NCBI GenBank assembly: GCA_028279805.1 | Contig: JANQMZ010000007.1 | Coordinates: forward strand, 210,001 to 242,000 | Reading direction: 5' to 3' | DNA from: an archaeon | GTDB taxonomy: Archaea > Iainarchaeota > Iainarchaeia > Iainarchaeales > JANQMZ01 | DNA: 32,000 bases | Shown: one piece after another, positions 8,063 to 16,469 of the stretch | How the letters are laid out: each line of letters opens with the position of its first letter | Position numbering within the stretch: the stretch's first letter is position 1 | The notes under the pieces: generated by a model | Told to the model about the DNA's origin: nothing | Databases searched by the model: none | The model's input: the letters and a program-made list of their open reading frames with translations, nothing else | Position numbers and translations under genes: made by a program

Positions 8063-8102
8063 ATTTATCAGCAAAGCTGTACGAACCCAAAAAGTTCACA
8101 GG
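8062..8102 (+). other. 3' strand of the pre-16S processing stem
   Basis: TCAGC-AAA-GCTGTACGAA-CCCA-AAAA-GTTCACAGG, complementary to 6499-6533. Confidence 0.85.
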
Positions 8103-8172
8103 TAAAAATGGCTGAATATGAGTATTTAAAACATTTAAATGTTTTCAATCAAAAAGTTCTATAGTGTTTTAT

Positions 8173-8222
8173 GTGCTATCTTTAGATAGCACCTGAAGCG
8201 GAGTGTCCGTACGCAATCGGAC
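8173..8222 (+). other. Tandem hairpin module directly upstream of tRNA-Ala
   Basis: GTGCTATC-TTTA-GATAGCAC, then CTGAAGCGGAGT, then GTCCG-TACGCAAT-CGGAC, abutting the tRNA. Confidence 0.7.
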
Positions 8223-8295
8223 GGGCTCATAGCTCAGCTGGTAGAGCGCCGCCTTTGCAAGGCGGAGGCCACGGGTTCGATCCCCGTTGAGTCCA
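8223..8295 (+). tRNA. tRNA-Ala (anticodon TGC) in the 16S-23S spacer
   Basis: GGGCTCA/TGAGTCC acceptor, TAGCTCAGCTGGTAGAGC D arm, CCGCC-TTTGCAA-GGCGG anticodon arm, GGGTTCGATCCCC T arm. Confidence 0.96.
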
Positions 8296-8536
8296 TGCCC
8301 GATGTTTCGGGCGGGAACGTGTCATTTGCAATGACACTGGCACTTTGCGGAGTGCAAATTAGACTTAAATCCATTTTTTGGATTTATTGTTCCGTTTGGA
8401 ACTGCGGGTCTGTCGCTTTTGACGGACTTAAGTAATTGACGTATGTTTTTTTCAAAACAAGGTTTTGAAATTGTCACTGAAAGTGATATGTAAAGTGCGC
8501 TTGTAAAATAGCGCCGCAAAGCACAGCGTCGGTTTT

Positions 8537-8559
8537 GCATTGGTAGGCAAATTGGTCTA
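8537..8559 (+). other. 5' strand of the pre-23S bulge-helix-bulge stem
   Basis: GCATTGGT-AGGC-AAA-TTGGTCTA pairs with 11589-11611. Confidence 0.9.
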
Positions 8560-8593
8560 TTAATTAGTCATTAATTCAGCGAGTACAAGAGTT

Positions 8594-11549
8594 AATACTA
8601 AGCCAGCTAGCGAATAACTTGGCTCAACCACCGATGACAGGCGTGGCAAGCTGCGATAAGCCATGGCGAGACGCATGCAGTCTTTGAACCATGGATTCCT
8701 TAATTATTCCGAAAGGAAGGGTAATGCGGTGAATTGAAGCATCTTAGTAACCGCAAGAAAAGAAATCGAATGAGATACCGTTATTATCAGCGAGAGAAAA
8801 CGGTTCAGGTCAAACCGAATCCTTCATTGCAAAATGTTGGAAATGTGGTGTGAGCAGTTTACATCCAAATTTATTAGAAGAAGTTTTCTGGAACGTAATG
8901 CCATAGAGGGTGAAAGCCCCGTATTTAAAATTTTGGAGGATGATTTTCTGTTTCAAGAGTAGCGTGCATTGGATATTGTGCGCAAACATGGGCATCTTTA
9001 ATGCCTAAACCTAAAAATGTGTTGAGTCCGATAGTGAACTAGTACTGTGAAGGAAAGTTGAAAAGCATCCCTGACGGGAGTTTAAAAGCGTTTGAAACTA
9101 GTTGGTGATTGGCTGATGCAGCGTGAAAGAAACGATTCTCTTAAAAGAAACTTTTTGAAAAATTGGAATCGATAAGAGATGATCAGCGTTGCATCGTTCG
9201 TCTTGAAACACGAGCGAGGGAGTTTGTTGTTGTGGCGAGATTAATTTCATTATGAAAGAAATCATAGCGAAAGCGAATAGTTCGCAGCTTCGGTGAGGAA
9301 CAAAGTATGTTCTGCTTTTAGTCACTGCAACAAGACCTGAAAACAGGTGATCTATTCTTGGGCAAGATGAAGCCCTCCTTCCGGGGGGTGGAGGTCTGAA
9401 CAGTAGCTAGTCTATCTGCACTGATGATCTGAGAATAGGCGTAATATGCGACTCGAACCTGTCGATAGCAGGCTCCTCTTAAAGTAGCTCTCAGGCTAGC
9501 CTGGTTGGAGAAGCCATATGGTGTAGAGATACTGATTAAAAAGTACTGGGGCGAGAGCCCTAGCTTTTTTGTCAAACTCCAAAGTCATATGGTTTGTAGA
9601 AAACCGGAGTAGGAGCATTCGGGTAAGCCGAATGTTCTTGAGGGGAACAACCCAGTCGTAGGTTAAGGCCCATAAACACCAGTTAAGTGTTAAACCGAAG
9701 GGTGTTCTTATGCTAAAACAGTAGGGAGGTTGGCTTAGAAGCAGCCATCCTTTAAAGAATGCGTAACAGCTCACCTACCTAGGATGAGAGCCCCAAAAAT
9801 AATCCGGGCTAAACTGGTTGCCGATACCTACGGGCACTCATTTTTTGAGTGGTTCAATAAAGAGGTATTCTGATGGAGTTAAAGCAAGGCAGTAATGTCT
9901 TGTGAATCTTTCAGAAAAATGGATCCTCGTGCTAGTATTAACTATTGAGCGGTGAGAATCCGCTCCCCCGAAAGGACAAGGGTTCCTTAGCGCTTATTAT
10001 AAGCTAAGGGTCAGTCGGCCCTAAGCATGTTCATAACTTGAAACATGCAAAAGGGAAACAGGTTCATATTCCTGTACTATTCAAATACGCTTTCGGCAAC
10101 GAATGGCTATTTTTTGACGCTTTGAGCTAGGAAAGTTTTCTTGTCTGAAAACTTAACAAGCATAGTTCTTTGGAGAACTGTCATTGTGAGAAAAAGAATA
10201 AAGCTTGGAATAGCCGCAAGGTTTTTCCGATGCTCATAGCCCTTGAAAAGAAAAATAGCAAGAATTTTGAATAACCGTACCGAGAACCGAGAAAGGTGTC
10301 CTGGCTTAGGAAGCCAAGGGGTATCAGGATAACAACGTTGAGGGAATTCGGCAAATTAGCCCTGTATCTTTGGTATAAGGGGTGCCTGTTTTGAAGAAAG
10401 CAGGTTTCAATAGCAAAGGGAGTCCGACTGTTTACTAAAAACACAGGTCCCTGCAAGTCTGTAAAGATGTGTATAGGGGCTGACTTCTGCTCACTGCCAG
10501 TACGTGAAACTCCGGTTCAATGGAATTAAGCGCTGGTAAAGAGCGGGCCTAACTCTGAGGCTCTTATGGTAGCGTAATACCTTGCCGGTTTATTGCCGGC
10601 TTGCACCAACGAAGTAACGAGATTCCCACTGTCCCCAACATTGGCCTGATGAACTCGCTGCCCGGTGAACATGCCGGGGACTTCCAACGGGAAGAGAAGA
10701 CCCCACGGAGGTTTACTACAGTCTGATGCTGTGATATAATTTTTGGAGTACAGTGTAGATGGGAGTAATCGAAATAATTTCGCTAGGAATTATGGATACA
10801 TCAATGGAACACCATCCTTCAAAAATTGTACCGCTTACTCGTAAGAGGACACCATCAGGTGGGTAGTTGGACTGGGGCGGTACGCCCCTGAAACAGTATC
10901 AGGGGCGCCCAAAGGTCTGCTCAGACGAGTCGGGAATTCGTCGTAGAGTGCAAGAGCAAAAGCAGGCTTGACCTTGTTTCACAAAGCAAGAAACGAGGAT
11001 TCGAAAGAACGGTCTAGCGAACGACAGTGTGCCTTTTAAAGGGGCCCTGTTCTGACAGTGAACTTACCCTGGGGGTAATTGTGTTGTCGTGGGTAAGAGT
11101 ACACATCGACCCCACGGTTTGCTGCTTCGCCGTCGTCTCATGGCATCCTGGGCGTGCATAAGCGCCCAAGGGTGGAGGTGTTAACTCATTAAAGCCGTAC
11201 GTTAGTTGGGTTGAGAACGGTGCGAGCCAGTTTTGATCCTATCTGTTGGAAGTGCAAGGTGACTGAGGGGAAGCTCCAATCAGTACGAGAGGAACGTTGG
11301 GTCGCAGCCACTGGTTTACCAGTTGTTTGACAAAGCATTGCTGGGTAGCTACGCTGTAACTGATAAGGGCTGAAAGCATCTAAGCTCGAAGCAGTCCCTG
11401 AAAAGAGTCACCTATGACTGAATATGTTTTTTCTGCGGAAAAAATATCTAAGTCCGAGAGTTCCCGTAAAAGACGGGTTTGATAGGCTGGAAGTGTAAGC
11501 TAAAAGCTTCGGCGATTAGTTAAGCTCACCAGTACTAAACACTTGAGTT
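8594..11549 (+). rRNA. rrl: 23S ribosomal RNA (ends approximate)
   Basis: CCGATGACAGGCGTGGCAAGCTGCGATAAG near the 5' end; P-loop region GGACTGGGGCGGT; sarcin-ricin loop AGTACGAGAGGAAC at 11282; 3' GTTAAGCTCACCAGTACTAA. Flanked by GTACAAGAGT (8583-8592) and ACTCTTGTAC (11551-11560). Confidence 0.95.
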
Positions 11550-11588
11550 GACTCTTGTACAAAGAACAGTGAGTTTGTGGCAAATTGG

Positions 11589-11611
11589 TAGACCAAGCCT
11601 ACAACCAATGC
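11589..11611 (+). other. 3' strand of the pre-23S bulge-helix-bulge stem, followed by a T-tract terminator candidate
   Basis: TAGACCAA-GCCT-ACA-ACCAATGC, then ATGTTTTTTATTTTTTTT. Confidence 0.9.
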
Positions 11612-11645
11612 ATGTTTTTTATTTTTTTTGAATAATGTTGATTGC

Positions 11646-12170
11646 ATGAGCAGATTAAGAGAATTAAAAAAAGCGAAAAATGAAACCAAAAACAATTCAA
11701 TGATTTGGCTGGTTGCCGGAATTGTTGTATTGCTTGGAATTGGAAGTGCTTTGTTTTTATTTAGTGGATCATCCAATTCCGGAAATTCTTCAGAATTGAA
11801 TACTGCCGGTTTAAGTTTTCCTTTGGTTAATGTTCACTGGCATGCCACTCCTATTGTAAATGTTTGCGGTGAAAACAAGCCAATTCCTGTTGCGCCTGTT
11901 ACTGACCATTTGTTGCACACTCATGAGGACAGATTAATTCATATTGAAGGCACTGTTAACAGCCCTGAACAAATTACTTTAGGCCGGTTTTTCGGTTTGG
12001 TTGGAGTTAAATTTTCTTCAACTCAGTTGTTGGATAAAACAAATGGCGATGTTTGTGAGAACACTGGACAGCCTGGAAAAGTTTCAATGACTGTTAATGG
12101 TGTTCCAAGTGAAGAGTTTGAAAACCATGTTGTAAGGCATGGTGAAACAATTATAGTAAGTTTTGATTAA
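11646..12170 (+). CDS. Membrane-anchored extracytoplasmic protein with HWHA/HxH motifs, about 174 aa
   Basis: Start MSRLRELKKAKNE, one TM segment, then VNVHWHATPIVNVCGENKPIPV...DHLLHTHEDRLIHIEG. Resembles exported proteins with H-x-H-A...LHTH...IHIE patterns. Confidence 0.75.
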   Translation: MSRLRELKKAKNETKNNSMIWLVAGIVVLLGIGSALFLFSGSSNSGNSSELNTAGLSFPLVNVHWHATPIVNVCGENKPIPVAPVTDHLLHTHEDRLIHIEGTVNSPEQITLGRFFGLVGVKFSSTQLLDKTNGDVCENTGQPGKVSMTVNGVPSEEFENHVVRHGETIIVSFD

Positions 12171-12207
12171 TCAATAAGCTTTTTATACTCTCAATGAGCA
12201 ATTATAA

Positions 12208-12530
12208 TGTAAGGTAGTGAAAGGGCAGTTAAGGAATTCTCTGAATTCTTAGGAAAGTCCACCCACTCGTTAAAAATCTCGCAAGAGAAATTCTCGAAAG
12301 GGAGTCCATTGGAACAGAAACGAACTCAGGCAAACTTTGACAATGATAAAAAATTGAGTTGTTTGTTTTTGGGATGAAACGGCTGATGGTTTGAGTGCAA
12401 GTCATTGAGACGCTTAGACGAATGCTGCCAAGATGTGCTTTGTCAAAAAAGCAGGAATCAACAACAGAATGATTCTCGGTTTTTGAAACCGTATCCTAAC
12501 AGAAGGTGGCTTACTCTTCACTGCCTTACA
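12208..12530 (+). ncRNA. rnpB: RNase P RNA
   Basis: P1 helix TGTAAGGTAGTGAA/TTCACTGCCTTACA; GGAAAGTCCACC conserved region; AACAGAAGGTGGCTTAC near the 3' end; TATA-like element upstream and T7 right after the 3' end. Confidence 0.93.
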
Positions 12531-12588
12531 TTTTTTTGCTTTTTAAATGCGATAGGAATATATATGTGAAAAAGCAATATTGTTTTCT

Positions 12589-13476
12589 ATGGCTAGTGGA
12601 AGTTTTAAAAGAGGTGCTGCGATTCTTTCTCTCGTTGGCGCTTTGGCTGCATCTCCAGTGGTGGAAAGAACCGCTGTCAGGATGAATGCTCCGGCAATAA
12701 GAAAACAGGTTGATGTAACGCTTAAGAGGTCTGGTGAAAGAGCTGGTGTTAGATCATTTCAAAAGCGTGCTTCAGAAATGACTCAGTATGTTAAAAGAAG
12801 CAATCAGGCTCATAGACAAGGTAATGCCGGGCAAGCAGCCCAGTTTAGAAATCTGGCAGAAAAAAGAGCAGTCGAACTTTATGCTGATTCTGGATTTATT
12901 TTGAGAAAAAATCCAAGACTAAGAGATAGAATTATGGCAGATCCAGAAGGTTTTCCTTCTTCTACTTCTTCCACAAAGCGATCTGAACCAAAAAGCAAGC
13001 CGTATGATCCATTTTGGATGTTTGGCGGGGGAGTTATTGGTTTTCTTGTATTTTATTTTTTCTTTATTGACGGAGATAATGGATATTCAAGTACGCGAGA
13101 ATTAAGAGAAGAGACAGAAGAATTAAAAGAAAGAGAAAAAACTTCTTCTTCTGAACCGCCTCAGCCAGATCCTTTTGAAGAGGTGGTTAAAGAAACTAAA
13201 TCTGAATTAGAACAAGTGGAAAAAGCACTTGGTGAACATTATGTTTCTGCTTCGGGTTTGGAAAGATCTGAATTGAAAGCACTTTCTGAAAAAAAGGAAA
13301 GGCTTGAAGCCCGACTGCAATCATTAAGGGATGCTCAAAAAGTTGTCCAACAAGGGGGAAACCTTAAACAATTAATTACAGCTTTAGCTGAAAAAGGTGC
13401 AAGAAAAATGAAACATGAAGCTAGGGAAGCTCCAGGAGCGCCTAAAAGACAACCTAGAAGAAGACCGGGAAGATGA
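12589..13476 (+). CDS. Hypothetical membrane protein with coiled-coil C-terminal region, about 295 aa
   Basis: Hydrophobic N-terminus, central TM segment (FWMFGGGVIGFLVFYFFFI), then a charged helical region. ATG at 12589 lies about 30 nt from a TATATAT element. Confidence 0.7.
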   Translation: MASGSFKRGAAILSLVGALAASPVVERTAVRMNAPAIRKQVDVTLKRSGERAGVRSFQKRASEMTQYVKRSNQAHRQGNAGQAAQFRNLAEKRAVELYADSGFILRKNPRLRDRIMADPEGFPSSTSSTKRSEPKSKPYDPFWMFGGGVIGFLVFYFFFIDGDNGYSSTRELREETEELKEREKTSSSEPPQPDPFEEVVKETKSELEQVEKALGEHYVSASGLERSELKALSEKKERLEARLQSLRDAQKVVQQGGNLKQLITALAEKGARKMKHEAREAPGAPKRQPRRRPGR

Positions 13477-13510
13477 CATTTTTAATCTTTTGTTTCTTTT
13501 TCTTTTTGTT

Positions 13511-13747
13511 ATGGTTAAAAGAAATGATTTGATTGCAGTTGCTTTTGTTGCATTGGTTTTGGCTGCGGTTGGTTATTTGTGGATGACTGATGGTTCTCAG
13601 CCAAAGCATGATTCTCATGGTTCTGATCACGGGCACGGAGAAGAACATGATGATGAGCACGGAACTCATGCTGATGATTCTCATGAGAATGAAACTGCTC
13701 ATGCTCAAAGTTTTTTTGAATTAAAACGCTTTAATCATGCTTTTTAA
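13511..13747 (+). CDS. Membrane-anchored His/Asp/Glu-rich small protein, 78 aa
   Basis: MVKRNDLIAVAFVALVLAAVGYLWMTDGSQPKHDSHGSDHGHGEEHDDEHGTHADDSHENETAHAQ...; start at the internal Met of the 110-aa ORF. Confidence 0.65.
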   Translation: MVKRNDLIAVAFVALVLAAVGYLWMTDGSQPKHDSHGSDHGHGEEHDDEHGTHADDSHENETAHAQSFFELKRFNHAF

Positions 13748-13790
13748 CCCAAGAAATGCTTTTAAAGCACTTTAACTATTTATTTCTAAC

Positions 13791-16457
13791 ATGGGTTTGG
13801 ACAAAAAAAAACTGGCAAAACAATTTCAAAAAGACTGGAAAAAACACTACAAAGTGAAATTCTTAGAACAAAGCGGTTTTAAAAGAATTAAATGTCAGTC
13901 CTGCGGAAAACATTTTTGGTCATTGGATTCTGACAGAAAAACTTGTGCTGATTCAAGTTGTGTTGGATTTGAATTTATCGGACAAAAAGGAAAAAATTTG
14001 GGTTATACTGAAACATGGGAAAAAATTGAAAAATATTTTACAAACAAAGGACACAAATCCATTACCCGTTATCCAACTGTTTGCAGGTGGCGTGATGATT
14101 TATATTTTACTAATGCTTCAATTATTGATTTTCAGCCTTACGTTGTTTCCGGTGAAATTGAGCCTCCGGCAAATCCTTTGATTGTGCCACAGCCAAGCAT
14201 CAGGTTTAGTGATATTGAAAATGTCGGAGTAACAGGACAGCATTATTCTTCGTTCATAATGTTCGGACAGCATGCTTTTAATTCAAAAAAAACAGGATTG
14301 TTTTACTGGAAAGATGAAGCACTGGAACATGATTTTAATTATTTAACAAAAGTTTTGGGCGTAAAAAAAGAAGACATAACTTTTATTGAAGATGTTTGGA
14401 TGGGTGGAGGAACTTTTGGCCCGAGTATTGAATATGCAGCAAAAGGTGTGGAACTGGGTAATTGTGTGTTTATGCAGTTTAAAGATTTGGGTAAAGGAAA
14501 ATTTGAGGAATTGCCGACAAAAGTTATTGATATGGGAGCCGGACTGGAAAGGCTGGCATGGTATACTAATGGCAGCCCCACAAGTTATGAAATTACATTC
14601 GGACCTGTTGTGCAGAAAATGAAAAAAAATGCAGGCATAAAAATTGACAACAAGTTGTTCACAGAATTTTCAAAACTTTCAGGTGCACTTGACGTTGAAA
14701 CTCATAATGTTAAAGAAAAAAGAGAAAAAATTGCAAAGCAATTAAAAGTTGATGAAGAGGAATTTTTTGGCACTTTAAAGCCTTTGCAGGCTGTTTATGC
14801 TTCAGCAGACCATTTGAAAACATTGCTGTATACGGTTGGTGACGGGCAAATGCCAAGCAATGGTTCAGGCGGATATAATCTGAGAATGCTGTTAAGAAGA
14901 GTTTTTGGTTTTAATGAAGAGTTTGATTTAAGGCTTGATTTTATCCAGGTGTTAAGAGAACATGCTGATTATTTGAAAGATTTTGACCCGATTTTAAAAG
15001 AAAATGTTGAAACTGTTGTTCAGGTAATTGAAGAAGAAGAAAAAAAGTTTGAAGAAACAAAATTAAAAGGAGCAAGAAAAATTGAAACAATTGTTAAAAA
15101 GAATAAAAAAATTGATTCAAAAGAATTAATTAAATTATATGAAAGTGATGGTATTTCTCCTGAATTAATTGAAGAAAAAGCACAGGAAGCCGGTGTTAAA
15201 ATAAATATTCCTGAAAATTTTTATGGTTTGATTGCTGCAAAAAATGAAAAAGACAAAAAACTGATAAAACATGAAATTGATGTAAGGCCTTACAAAAAAA
15301 CAAAAACATTGTTTTATGAGGATTCTTATTTAAGGGAATGCAATGCAACTGTTTTGGGAGTAATAGACAAAGGAATTATTTTGGATCAGACTGTTTTTTA
15401 TGCAGAGGGAGGAGGACAGGAATCCGATGAAGGTTTTATTGACGGCATAAAAGTTGAATTTGTTGAAAATGTGGACGGAGTATTGATACATTTTGTTGAA
15501 AATCCTGATAAATTTAAAAGAGGAAAAAAAGTTTTTTGTGAAATTGATTGGAACAGAAGAATTGATTTAATGAGGCATCATACCGGTGCTCATCTGTTAA
15601 ATGCAGCAGCAAGACAGGTTTTGGGAAAACATGTCTGGCAGACAGGAGCCCATAAAGCAAGAGAAAAAGCACATTTAGATATAACCCATTACAAGCGTAT
15701 TACCGGTAAAGAATTAAAACAAATGGAGTTATTGGCTAACCAGTTTGCATTGGAACAGCATGAAGTTGAAACAATGTTTATGCTGAGAAATGAAGCTGAA
15801 AAAAAATACGGATTCAGGTTATACCAGGGAGGGTTTGTGCCTGGAAAAACAATCAGAATTGTTAATGTTAAAAGTGTTGATGTTGAAGCATGCGGCGGAA
15901 CACATTTAAAAAATTCGTCAGAAGTCGGGTTATTCAAAATTTTAAAAAGAGAAGGAATTCAGGACGGAGTTGAAAGAATTGTATATGTATGCGGGTTGCC
16001 TGCAATTAAGGAAATGCAGAAAAAAGAAAGCTTGTTAAAAGATGCAGCTGAAAAACTTTCGGTTCCTGAAAAAAGTTTAACAAAAACAACTCAAAGATTT
16101 TTTAATGAATGGAAAGAGCAGAAAAAAACAATTGAATCACTGGAAAAAGAATTGATTGAATTAAAAACAGCAGAATTGCTGAAAATGGATGAAGAGATAA
16201 TCACAACTTATGTTCACGGACTGACTGCACAGGGTTTGATGAATTTGGCTAAAAAAGTTTTAAATGAAAAAGAAAATTCTTTATTGATAATAGGTTCAGG
16301 GGAAAATGTTTTTGCATTATCCGGAAAAAAATGTTCAAAAAATGCAAAAAAAGAACTGGCATTATTGTTACAGGAAACAAAATGGCAGGGTGGAGGCAAT
16401 GAAAAGCTTGCAAGGGGCAAAGTCCAAAATGCAAAAGAGTTGGAAAAACTGCTTTAA
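13791..16457 (+). CDS. alaS: Alanyl-tRNA synthetase
   Basis: 888 aa with FGQHAFNS, DVWMGGGTFGPSIEY, LMRHHTGAHLLNAAARQVLG and VEACGGTHLKNSSEVG. Confidence 0.97.
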   Translation: MGLDKKKLAKQFQKDWKKHYKVKFLEQSGFKRIKCQSCGKHFWSLDSDRKTCADSSCVGFEFIGQKGKNLGYTETWEKIEKYFTNKGHKSITRYPTVCRWRDDLYFTNASIIDFQPYVVSGEIEPPANPLIVPQPSIRFSDIENVGVTGQHYSSFIMFGQHAFNSKKTGLFYWKDEALEHDFNYLTKVLGVKKEDITFIEDVWMGGGTFGPSIEYAAKGVELGNCVFMQFKDLGKGKFEELPTKVIDMGAGLERLAWYTNGSPTSYEITFGPVVQKMKKNAGIKIDNKLFTEFSKLSGALDVETHNVKEKREKIAKQLKVDEEEFFGTLKPLQAVYASADHLKTLLYTVGDGQMPSNGSGGYNLRMLLRRVFGFNEEFDLRLDFIQVLREHADYLKDFDPILKENVETVVQVIEEEEKKFEETKLKGARKIETIVKKNKKIDSKELIKLYESDGISPELIEEKAQEAGVKINIPENFYGLIAAKNEKDKKLIKHEIDVRPYKKTKTLFYEDSYLRECNATVLGVIDKGIILDQTVFYAEGGGQESDEGFIDGIKVEFVENVDGVLIHFVENPDKFKRGKKVFCEIDWNRRIDLMRHHTGAHLLNAAARQVLGKHVWQTGAHKAREKAHLDITHYKRITGKELKQMELLANQFALEQHEVETMFMLRNEAEKKYGFRLYQGGFVPGKTIRIVNVKSVDVEACGGTHLKNSSEVGLFKILKREGIQDGVERIVYVCGLPAIKEMQKKESLLKDAAEKLSVPEKSLTKTTQRFFNEWKEQKKTIESLEKELIELKTAELLKMDEEIITTYVHGLTAQGLMNLAKKVLNEKENSLLIIGSGENVFALSGKKCSKNAKKELALLLQETKWQGGGNEKLARGKVQNAKELEKLL

Positions 16458-16469
16458 AAGGTGTTATAA

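Noticed and set aside
6525-10456. Track ORFs inside or antisense to the rRNA genes (for example 6525..6980, 7656..7994, 9318..9575, 10181..10456)
   Set aside because: They coincide with recognisable 16S/23S sequence and have no protein family signature.
6576-11549. Introns or homing endonuclease genes within rRNA
   Set aside because: 16S (about 1.49 kb) and 23S (about 2.96 kb) lengths are ordinary and no endonuclease-like ORF interrupts them.
11550-11646. 5S rRNA directly after the 23S
   Set aside because: Only the processing stem and a T-tract are present before the next gene. 5S is probably unlinked.
13415-13510. Upstream extension of the His-rich 110-aa ORF
   Set aside because: It overlaps the preceding gene and lacks membrane-protein character. 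The internal ATG at 13511 begins a clean TM segment.
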